From IMG/VR virus record IMGVR_UViG_3300038805_000372: a DNA stretch of 64,000 nucleotides. One strand, given 5' to 3'. Positions 28,914-37,747 of this stretch are shown here, piece by piece. Below the pieces are notes generated by a model. That model worked only from the letters and a program-made list of their open reading frames with translations, did no database searches and was not told the origin of the DNA. Positions within the stretch are counted from its first letter, which is position 1, and every line of letters begins with the position of its first letter. The position numbers and the translations under genes are program-made. This stretch comes from an uncultured virus (IMG/VR IMGVR_UViG_3300038805_000372) (Duplodnaviria; Heunggongvirae; Uroviricota; Caudoviricetes).

Positions 28914-31900
28914 ATGGCAATAGAAAATTTAGATGATATTCTGATTACTGATGCAGAGAAAGAAAGCGTAAGAAAAAATTCGCCTTCTACTTTACCTCTT
29001 AATCCTACTGCTCAAGGTTGGTCTGCCCAAAAAATTAGAGAAAAATTATACCGCGCGATTTGTTCAGAAACCGGTGGTTTGTCAGATAATATTTTAGATA
29101 TATTGGACACAAAATTATTAAACATAAAAGAGATTTTTGCTGATTTAGATTTGGCAAAAGCAAGTCAATCACAATTAGATAGTTTATTTGATGATTTAGT
29201 TGCTGGAACTATTACTGTTCTAAAAGCCGAGCGCGATAATGAAGGAAATATAATTAAATCTAATTATGGTTCGAGCATTACATTTGATTATGAAGAATCA
29301 ACTCGTGTTTTGACATTAAAACTTTTTGCAAAAGATGGCTCACAATTAGGTAGTGACCTTACAATAACTTTGCCTAACGCAACACAATCTGCGTCAGGTT
29401 TAATGTCAAAAGATGATAAAACCAATTTGAATACATTACTTGGATTGTTAGGTGTTATTGGTGGAGATGCTGATAGCACAGTTAATAAGATTCGCGAAGT
29501 TCTTGACATTTTTCATAATTATCCCGAAGGAGATAAATTGCTTGATGTTCTTGCAACCAAAGCGACAAAAGAAGAACTCGCGGTTGCTGGTTTTCCTCAC
29601 GGTTGGACAAGAGAATTATTGACACCCACCGCCTTAACTAATGGGCAAACCATTTCAAAGGAAACATTAGAAGCATACGACATTATTACTTTAATTGCGA
29701 TTAACACTGCAACGAGCGAAATTGATACTGATACTATCGACACTGGCGTTGGACTTGTTGACGCTTATAAATATATCTTTTTCGATAACGCAAGTGTGTT
29801 TTTAACAATAGGTTCGACCTGCACATTTACCGATAACATTGGGGGTTATCAATTAAAGATTATCGGTCAAAAATATGAAGCCCAAGATGCCGAAAATGTC
29901 AAATATGATAAGACCGTTAAAAATCTATTAGAAAGCGATGATGTTCAAGGTGCGATTGATGAGTTAGCCGATGAAGTTTTAGCACCAGCATTTGTCGAAG
30001 TCGAACACCTTGCTTTACAAAGTGAAATCACTGCCACTAATGATATTGAAATCAAAGATGATAGTGGCGAGTTAGTTAAAATTACGGGTAATACACCGAC
30101 TAATTTAGTTATCAATAGCGACCTACTTATTGATAGTGATAGCAATGGTGTTCCCGATGGGTTTGTATATAAAGATGCTACCGATATATCATTAACGAAT
30201 GGTATTGCGAAGTTCACTGCGACTGCCAATTTCGGGCGTATATTAAGAAATGATTTAGATATAGACATTGGCGAAACCATTTACTATTTCGCACGCGTTA
30301 AAACAAGCAACGATAATACTCGATTTTATGGCGGTAATTCCCATACTTCAGTTCCAAATACTAATAGTTTTGAGTTTATATCCGCTGTAAGAACTCCGCT
30401 TATTTCTACTAACATACAACTAATTGGCGTTTATGATAATTCTTTAAGCAATTTTACTCCTATTGAAGTCGATTACATGGGTGCTTACAATGTCAGCGAT
30501 ATGATTAGACAAGGTGTTAAAAATGATGATGGCATCCCCTTTGCCAATTTAACCAATGAAGAAATCAAAGAACAATTAGATATTTGGCACGAAGTAGGTT
30601 ATCCTACTCATATCAATAAACTAATTAGCAAGAGTGATAACTTATTCAATGGAAAGTTTAATACGCTTACAAGTTTAGAAAGTGAAAATCTCGTTTCCAA
30701 TAGCGATTTACTAGTTGATGATAATAATGATGGTGTTCCCGATGGGTTTTATTATAATAATGCTACCGATATATCATTAACGAATGGTATTGCAAAGTTC
30801 ACTGCAACTGCACAATATGGTTATTTGAATTACGCATATACTTTCACTGCCAACGATTTAATTTACTTTTATGCGAACTTGAAAAGTGATAGTAATTTAG
30901 TTGGTATATTAGGTGCTAATAATGATGCTCAATGGACATTTCATAGTGGAAGTGGAAATTACGAGTTTATTTCTAATATTAAGACCGCCACACCTTACAA
31001 CAATATTCGTTTGAGTGATAGGCGTTCAAGTGGTTGGACTCCTATCGAAGTCGATTACATTGGTGCGATTAACATTACCGATTTAGTATCTCGTGGCATA
31101 TTGCCACAAGGTTTAACTACCGCACAATATAAAGAGATATTAGATAACGCTATGTATAATAATGTTCCTTTAAGAGAAAGTGATTTCATTAGTGTTGAAC
31201 CGAGTGTTGCCTATCGCTTAATCAAAGCAAGTGAAAATAGTGCTATACATAAGGTTATCGAATATACTACCGATAATCAAGTCGTTAAAGTCAATAGTGT
31301 TGATTATAGTGGTAATGTCAAGATTTCTTCGCCTATCACAATGAACACACTTACACGCAAGGTAAAACTGATTAGCGATTTAATGGACAGACCATCTCAA
31401 CTATTAACCAATCCTAATTTTGATAATGGAACTGCGAATTGGCTTACTATAAATCCAAGTGCGGTATCTTTATCAGTTTCTTCAAATGTTTTATATTTTA
31501 CTGCAATTCAACGATATGGAGCAGTTTATGAGCCATTCACACCAACGATTGGAGATATGTATTATTTTAGTGCATATCTAAAAGCCGATAGTAATCTTGT
31601 GGGTTTATATTGCTATTATTCTACCCCGTCTACACTCATTAAACATTCTGGTAGTGGTAATTTTGAGTTTTTATCTACAATAGCAACCGCTACGGATAAT
31701 ACCAATGATACTCGTTTTAGAATTGTATGCGATTTTAGAACAAGTGGGTGGACTGAATCACAAGTAAAATCGCCAAACCTTATCAACATTACCGATTTTA
31801 TCAAGAAGGGTGTTGCCGATGATAATGGCACATTGTTCTCTCGTTTAACTAATGATGAGATTAAAGACCAAATGGATATATGGGTGCAAAATGGTTTCCC

Positions 31901-34367
31901 CGATAGTGTTATCAATGCTCTATACCCCGATGGTGCTGATACTGCCATATCACTTAAATATAATGATGGCGATGCGATTTACTATCCACAAGTCATTGAT
32001 GAATTACCACTTGATATTACTTTAAGAAGTGGCGAGTATTGGCAAGATGGTTATATCGTTAAAGCCAATGGTAATGCCGAAGCAAGTCCGTTAGGTAAAG
32101 TATTTAGTGCGTGGAATTATGGGCAAATTGAAGTAATTTACGATAGTGGTGTTCCTGCCGATTTCAAGGTTAAATATGCTCAAAACACATCGGCACAAGT
32201 ATCAACTCATAGCGAATACTTAAAAGAAGCCAGAGAGCGTTTAGATACATTACGCAAAAATCAAAAGCAGTTAATTAAAAAGTTGGGCATTGATGTCGAT
32301 AACGATGTTTATGATAGTTTTGTTGGTATTACAAGCGAAAAGTTTGAGTATTATCAATTAGAGGGCATTAAGTCTGGCAACATATTAAAAGTCGAAGGTC
32401 GTGGACAGTCGGTTGCTAACCTTTTAGTCAATACGATTGCTTCAAGTATTACGGGTTTTGGTTTAACAATTACCTATGATGACACGACAGGTATGTTTAC
32501 GGTCAATGGCACAACTACAAGTGCTGGTAATATCATACTCAAAACGGGTATGAACTTTGGTTTGCCCGTTGGCACGACTACACAACTTATGAGATACTTC
32601 GATAGTGGCACGATTGACCTTAATGGCTCGTATGTTGGTTATCTCATTAGTGGCACAAGCGTATCAAATCGTATCAATGAAAATAGTGAGAGTTTATATG
32701 ACCCATATATCAATGGCGTTGGTGAATTAAAGCCCGATGGTGCTAACCCGAATGTCGTTGGAACAAGCGGTCAATCGCTCGTATTCCAAGTTTATAAAGA
32801 TGGCATGGTCTTTACTAATTTTAAGTTTAAGGTTGCACTATATGAAGGAACTAAACTGCTTCCGTTTGCGATGCCCGAAGCAACCAATAATGCCGATGTC
32901 GATGTCTATAATCGCACCGCCAACATACTCGATATGGGAACAAGCGATATTGCCTATACCGCAGTTAGTGGCATTACAATCGGTTATAACGCATTAGCCC
33001 AAGAGTTTGTCATTAGTGGCACAGCAACTGCCAATAACACGATTACCTTAAAAGCAAGTATATTAGATGTTGTTAGTGGCGATAGAGTGTCAATTAAGCG
33101 ATTATTCCAAAGTGGCGATATTACTGCGGTCAGCACATTACCTACCATTGAATTATTTGATGGCACAAGTGTTGTCCTTGCGAATAGCATTTATAAAATG
33201 ACTGCACCAGAGGGCGAAACACCGACACCCGATGTTAGTTTTAATACTGGCACGGTATCAAGTGATGGCACACTCACATTGAGATTACAATTCAAAGACG
33301 ATGATGTGTTCGATAATTACCGCTTCCGTTTGATGATACACGATAAGTCCACCGATATTGGTTATGTTGCTTATAATCGCACATTGGTTGGTAGTTTAAC
33401 TGCCGAAGCAAATGAAACTGATAGTTTCGAGTTTAGTGCCATTGATTTTGGTGTATTAGAGTTTATACCAAAGACCGACAAATTAAATGTTGTGTTTGGC
33501 GATACGATTACTGATACCGATAATAGTGTCCTTGAATATAATGCGGGTATTCAATCGGCAAATAGAAAATTAAGTGTTCTTGAAAGTCGCATTACCGCCC
33601 TTGACAATCCATTTAGAGATAAAGTCATAGCGATATGGGGAGATAGTCGAGAAAGCAACAACCCAACAAGCGACCCGAGTGGTGTGGGCGACCAAAAAGA
33701 TACTTCATATCCCGCCTTACTTGCTAAAAAACTCGGAGCAACCGTTCTAAACTTTGGTTTGAGTGGTGGTGCTTGGGCGGAAAATACCGTTCAGCAAGAC
33801 TCTGCTTCTGCTATTGTTAATCGTGTGCTAACGGAAGATACAAGTGCGAGTGCTGATGTCATTATCATTAGTTCAATGAATGACTTTAAGTTAGCGACAC
33901 CACTTGGTAGTTCGGCAACTACGAATAAGTCCGCAACTACTTTCTATGGTGCGATGCGTTTAACCTATGATAGACTTGCAACAAAATACCCAGCCAAAAA
34001 GATATGGTTAGTCTTACCGCAAAAAAGATACGATGAAAGCGTCAATTATGGTGGTGGCGATTATTATGCTTATCGTAAAGCACAAATAGATGTCGCAAGG
34101 GAATATGGCATTCCAACGATTGACCTATATAATAACTTCCCAAACACAAAACCGACATTCTACGCAACTAATATGCTAAACGACACACACTTCTCGGCGA
34201 TAGGCAATGAACTTGTTGCGGAAATTATCGCGCGCTCATTATTAGGTAATGGCAATAGCGGAAATGTTGATACTTTACCAGCACTACCAACTGCAAACGG
34301 CACATACACTTTGAAACTAACGGTATTAGATGGTGTCAATACATTTAGTTGGATATTAGATAGTTAA
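28914..34367 (+). CDS. Tail fibre/receptor-binding protein with repeated CBM-like modules and C-terminal SGNH hydrolase
   Basis: GDS, G, N(D) and DTH SGNH blocks; three internal repeats; ATQSASGLMS motif. Confidence 0.75.
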   Translation: MAIENLDDILITDAEKESVRKNSPSTLPLNPTAQGWSAQKIREKLYRAICSETGGLSDNILDILDTKLLNIKEIFADLDLAKASQSQLDSLFDDLVAGTITVLKAERDNEGNIIKSNYGSSITFDYEESTRVLTLKLFAKDGSQLGSDLTITLPNATQSASGLMSKDDKTNLNTLLGLLGVIGGDADSTVNKIREVLDIFHNYPEGDKLLDVLATKATKEELAVAGFPHGWTRELLTPTALTNGQTISKETLEAYDIITLIAINTATSEIDTDTIDTGVGLVDAYKYIFFDNASVFLTIGSTCTFTDNIGGYQLKIIGQKYEAQDAENVKYDKTVKNLLESDDVQGAIDELADEVLAPAFVEVEHLALQSEITATNDIEIKDDSGELVKITGNTPTNLVINSDLLIDSDSNGVPDGFVYKDATDISLTNGIAKFTATANFGRILRNDLDIDIGETIYYFARVKTSNDNTRFYGGNSHTSVPNTNSFEFISAVRTPLISTNIQLIGVYDNSLSNFTPIEVDYMGAYNVSDMIRQGVKNDDGIPFANLTNEEIKEQLDIWHEVGYPTHINKLISKSDNLFNGKFNTLTSLESENLVSNSDLLVDDNNDGVPDGFYYNNATDISLTNGIAKFTATAQYGYLNYAYTFTANDLIYFYANLKSDSNLVGILGANNDAQWTFHSGSGNYEFISNIKTATPYNNIRLSDRRSSGWTPIEVDYIGAINITDLVSRGILPQGLTTAQYKEILDNAMYNNVPLRESDFISVEPSVAYRLIKASENSAIHKVIEYTTDNQVVKVNSVDYSGNVKISSPITMNTLTRKVKLISDLMDRPSQLLTNPNFDNGTANWLTINPSAVSLSVSSNVLYFTAIQRYGAVYEPFTPTIGDMYYFSAYLKADSNLVGLYCYYSTPSTLIKHSGSGNFEFLSTIATATDNTNDTRFRIVCDFRTSGWTESQVKSPNLINITDFIKKGVADDNGTLFSRLTNDEIKDQMDIWVQNGFPDSVINALYPDGADTAISLKYNDGDAIYYPQVIDELPLDITLRSGEYWQDGYIVKANGNAEASPLGKVFSAWNYGQIEVIYDSGVPADFKVKYAQNTSAQVSTHSEYLKEARERLDTLRKNQKQLIKKLGIDVDNDVYDSFVGITSEKFEYYQLEGIKSGNILKVEGRGQSVANLLVNTIASSITGFGLTITYDDTTGMFTVNGTTTSAGNIILKTGMNFGLPVGTTTQLMRYFDSGTIDLNGSYVGYLISGTSVSNRINENSESLYDPYINGVGELKPDGANPNVVGTSGQSLVFQVYKDGMVFTNFKFKVALYEGTKLLPFAMPEATNNADVDVYNRTANILDMGTSDIAYTAVSGITIGYNALAQEFVISGTATANNTITLKASILDVVSGDRVSIKRLFQSGDITAVSTLPTIELFDGTSVVLANSIYKMTAPEGETPTPDVSFNTGTVSSDGTLTLRLQFKDDDVFDNYRFRLMIHDKSTDIGYVAYNRTLVGSLTAEANETDSFEFSAIDFGVLEFIPKTDKLNVVFGDTITDTDNSVLEYNAGIQSANRKLSVLESRITALDNPFRDKVIAIWGDSRESNNPTSDPSGVGDQKDTSYPALLAKKLGATVLNFGLSGGAWAENTVQQDSASAIVNRVLTEDTSASADVIIISSMNDFKLATPLGSSATTNKSATTFYGAMRLTYDRLATKYPAKKIWLVLPQKRYDESVNYGGGDYYAYRKAQIDVAREYGIPTIDLYNNFPNTKPTFYATNMLNDTHFSAIGNELVAEIIARSLLGNGNSGNVDTLPALPTANGTYTLKLTVLDGVNTFSWILDS
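32655..34361 (+). repeat. ~1.7 kb inverted repeat shared with 62276-64000
   Basis: Near-identical tail-fibre C-terminal coding sequence on opposite strands. Confidence 0.95.
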
Positions 34368-34379
34368 GGAGGTTCAAAT

Positions 34380-35003
34380 ATGAATCCTGAATTACAAGAA
34401 TTTCTTTATAACACATTGGCACAACTGGTGTCAGGCGTTCCTATTGGCACTATCTTGTCGCTGATTGTTTACTATGCATTAAATAAGGTAAAATTAAAGA
34501 CAGCGGAGTTTCCAGATAGGGCTAAAGCGTTAGAAAAGCAAGTTAAAGAATTTGCAAATGATGTTGTTGTTGCTTCTTCAAAACTAAAAGACGAAGTTGT
34601 CTCGATGGTAAATGAAGAACTGAATAAATTTAGTAAAAAAGCCGACGAATATCAAAAAATAGTAGAAAATTATAGAGTCCAGTTAGAAGAAGCCAATAAA
34701 CAAAATAAAGTGCTTATTGCTCAATATGAAATAACGATGGATGTATTAAAGACTTATGTATGCGAAAACAAAAATGCAGTAATTAGTGGTATGGCTAAAA
34801 CTGTTGCTGATAAATTAACAAATTATAAAGAACACGCATATATGGCTCAAGAAATAATTAATCAATCACCAGAAATAAAAGAAAAGATAATTTTTCTTAT
34901 TGAGCATTATCCAGACGCATTATTGGCAAAATTAGTGGAAATTCCAACAGAAGCATTGGAAGAAATTGTAAAGCAATATGAAGAAGAAAAATCACAAGGT
35001 TAG
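34380..35003 (+). CDS. Membrane-anchored coiled-coil protein (membrane cassette gene 1)
   Basis: N-terminal hydrophobic segment followed by a coiled coil. Confidence 0.6.
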   Translation: MNPELQEFLYNTLAQLVSGVPIGTILSLIVYYALNKVKLKTAEFPDRAKALEKQVKEFANDVVVASSKLKDEVVSMVNEELNKFSKKADEYQKIVENYRVQLEEANKQNKVLIAQYEITMDVLKTYVCENKNAVISGMAKTVADKLTNYKEHAYMAQEIINQSPEIKEKIIFLIEHYPDALLAKLVEIPTEALEEIVKQYEEEKSQG

Positions 35004-35481
35004 AGCCTATGTATCCAGAGCGCTTGGTTGGATTACTTCTTGTTTAACAACGACAGCAGGCGTTCTTCTATATACATTTGTTCCTGAAATAAACGGCGCA
35101 GATGATTTTGCTAACGCTTTTGAAGAATTTAAGTTATTTGAAGAAGGAATGAAACTTAATATGGGAGTTGCATTGCCGATTATTGCTGGTCTTATCGTCT
35201 TTCTTTTCGTGGTATTAAAAAAGAACAAAGACTTTTTCAAAGATAAATCTTCTATCGGATTAATGATTGCTATCGCTTTTATGTATTTAGCATATTCTCT
35301 TATAGGTATATTTATGAGCGCTTGCATTGGTGCTTTGCCTGGCGTGTTGGCTCAAGAATTTGGTTTTGAACCTCATTATCGAAGAGAGATAAAACTTGCT
35401 GAAATAGATAATGAATTAAAGTTAGAAGAAGTAAAAGAAGCAGTTAGAGAAGAAGTTAGAGAAAGGCGGAGAAGAAGGTAA
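34978..35481 (+). CDS. Multi-pass membrane protein (membrane cassette gene 2)
   Basis: 3-4 hydrophobic segments and a charged C-terminus. Confidence 0.6.
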   Translation: MKKKNHKVRAYVSRALGWITSCLTTTAGVLLYTFVPEINGADDFANAFEEFKLFEEGMKLNMGVALPIIAGLIVFLFVVLKKNKDFFKDKSSIGLMIAIAFMYLAYSLIGIFMSACIGALPGVLAQEFGFEPHYRREIKLAEIDNELKLEEVKEAVREEVRERRRRR

Positions 35482-36407
35482 TGGAAAACAAAGTCACAAC
35501 ACAATTTGTTAAAACTAAACACTATATGAATGATTGGTTTGGAATAATTTTAGGATTTTTAATTGCGTTTGCTACAACCTTGATGTCTATTATTGATTTC
35601 ACAAGTTTATCGGGTGGCAGTCCGTTCAAATCACTTACTTTAACGCAATATATATTTTTGGCGATAAGCATTGTTGTAAAAGGTTTTGCTAATATGTATA
35701 TTTTTCGTTCTTTTATTAAAAATGGTATAGAAAAAGGAAAACGAGAGCAAGACTATGAAGACCATCTTTATTATCAAGACGAACAAATAACCAAATGCCT
35801 TCCATATCGTGCGGAAATTGATATAAAATGCGAAGAAGATAATTATAAAGAAAGGCGCATAGTCTATTCAAATTATTGTAATCATAACCGTATAGTTTTT
35901 GAAGATTTATTTAACGAAGACTTAACTGTTAAAATGGACTATGTTCCTAAAAATAAACAAGAAAAAAAGGCTATCAAAAACTTGTATAAAAATTGTTATA
36001 TTAATGAAATATCCACTGCTTTACTTTTTGACTCTGCTGTTGGCGGTTGGCAAAAGAATAGTAAAACATTGCTTGAAAAAGAATATATATCCAAAAATTC
36101 TTCGACAACTATGGGTATGCTTTTCGGCGCTTTAACTTCAATATTGTCTGTTGCACCTTTTTATTTTTCAGTAAGCGGTATTGTTATGGCGATTGTTAAT
36201 TTTGGAATAGTGATTGGTCTTGCTTGGTATAAGTATATGAACGCCATTACTTATGTTAAAGATGAACTCGGCGGGGAAATTAAGCGTCGCGGTTTGAAAT
36301 TGGAAACTTTTTATATAGAAATTAAAAAAGACATCGTGAAAAAAGAGCAAAAAAATGATATTATATTAAAAGAAGAACCAAAAGAGGTGAGTGTAAATGG
36401 CATCTAA
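35481..36407 (+). CDS. 2TM-loop-2TM membrane protein (membrane cassette gene 3)
   Basis: Two N-terminal and two C-terminal hydrophobic helices flanking a ~150-aa soluble loop. Confidence 0.65.
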   Translation: MENKVTTQFVKTKHYMNDWFGIILGFLIAFATTLMSIIDFTSLSGGSPFKSLTLTQYIFLAISIVVKGFANMYIFRSFIKNGIEKGKREQDYEDHLYYQDEQITKCLPYRAEIDIKCEEDNYKERRIVYSNYCNHNRIVFEDLFNEDLTVKMDYVPKNKQEKKAIKNLYKNCYINEISTALLFDSAVGGWQKNSKTLLEKEYISKNSSTTMGMLFGALTSILSVAPFYFSVSGIVMAIVNFGIVIGLAWYKYMNAITYVKDELGGEIKRRGLKLETFYIEIKKDIVKKEQKNDIILKEEPKEVSVNGI

Positions 36408-37743
36408 AAGCAATAAAGATTTAGTCAATATACCTTCACTCGTTAAAAGTTCTGTGCAAATAAAAACGCCATTTATAACCCCGAAATATAGCGGTTTTGG
36501 TTTTTCTGCTGGCAACGGTTCAAACAACGGAAGTGATGAAGGCGTTGGCTCTCAAGAACCTCAAACAGTAGCCGAACAAATTGCTGGCAGTTCAAACCCT
36601 GAACTTGCTTTTCAACAATATTTATATCAAACTGGTTTAGAAAATATTTTTACTCAATATCAAAAAAATATTGCTAATTTAGATTCAGCGAGACAAAAAG
36701 ATATTGCCGATGCCTATTTTATTAGAGAAATGTCTAAAAAATATCTTGGTGAATACGCTTCTAATGTAGGGATTGGAGATGTTAGCGGAAATCTTATAGA
36801 CATATATTCTTCTTATGCCGAAAATATCTCTGATATAAATGCTAACTATAACTCTCTTAAAGCAAACTATGAAGCAAAAATGTTAGAAGAGTCTCAAAAG
36901 ACCGCTGAACAACTTTTAGGAACAGAAGTATCTTTGCAATTATCAGAATACGCTGATACAATTTTAGAAGCGCAAAAAACAATAATGAATAATATTCAAA
37001 CTGGCGATTGGGGAGATTTTGATAATTATGAAGACTATATTAATTCTCTTGACCTACCAGATAAACAAAAACAAGAACTTATTGATTGGGCAGAGCAAGA
37101 AAATACTTTATTTGAAACTACATCATTTACTCAAATAAAAGGTGTAGGAGTAAATCAGCAAGACCTCGATAGATTTGGTTTAACTTCTCAACCATATATC
37201 GACTTAACTTATTACACAAATGCAGATATTATGAGTGAATATGCTTATTCAATGAATGGTAATTTATATGGAGTAGCAACCGAATCTACCGAAATACCAA
37301 CAAGTTATTTAGAAGAAATTTCTTTTAACTATCGTAAAGACGGCAATGGTTTTATAACATATAAAGGTGATACTTATGTATATTTAGATGACGGAACTTT
37401 TCATAAGATGATTGCGGTTGAAACCGAAGGCGCTAAAATACCAACTGAAAACGGCGAATTTTTATCTATGGAAAATTACAATAAAAAAGACTATATGATA
37501 AATGGAACAAAATACAAAGCAAAAGACGGTTATAATCCTACAAAATTTCAAAAAAAGTATCCAGATATTTATGAATCACTCGGTATAACAGAATCAAAAG
37601 ACTCATACGGTAGAACTATTTGGACAAATTCAAAAGATGCAAATTTCATAGGAACAAAAATTGTATTTTACAATGGTAGATATTATTCTGTAAATTATGT
37701 AAATGAATATAATGTATATATTTCAGAATTAGAAAAGGCATAA
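36397..37743 (+). CDS. Putative internal virion/ejection protein
   Basis: Q/N-rich helical N-terminal half; lies before the giant virion gene. Confidence 0.5.
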   Translation: MASKSNKDLVNIPSLVKSSVQIKTPFITPKYSGFGFSAGNGSNNGSDEGVGSQEPQTVAEQIAGSSNPELAFQQYLYQTGLENIFTQYQKNIANLDSARQKDIADAYFIREMSKKYLGEYASNVGIGDVSGNLIDIYSSYAENISDINANYNSLKANYEAKMLEESQKTAEQLLGTEVSLQLSEYADTILEAQKTIMNNIQTGDWGDFDNYEDYINSLDLPDKQKQELIDWAEQENTLFETTSFTQIKGVGVNQQDLDRFGLTSQPYIDLTYYTNADIMSEYAYSMNGNLYGVATESTEIPTSYLEEISFNYRKDGNGFITYKGDTYVYLDDGTFHKMIAVETEGAKIPTENGEFLSMENYNKKDYMINGTKYKAKDGYNPTKFQKKYPDIYESLGITESKDSYGRTIWTNSKDANFIGTKIVFYNGRYYSVNYVNEYNVYISELEKA

Positions 37744-37747
37744 CAAT

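Noticed and set aside
30100..34367. Diversity-generating retroelement acting on the tail fibre
   Set aside because: No reverse transcriptase in the window, and differences between repeat copies are not confined to adenines.
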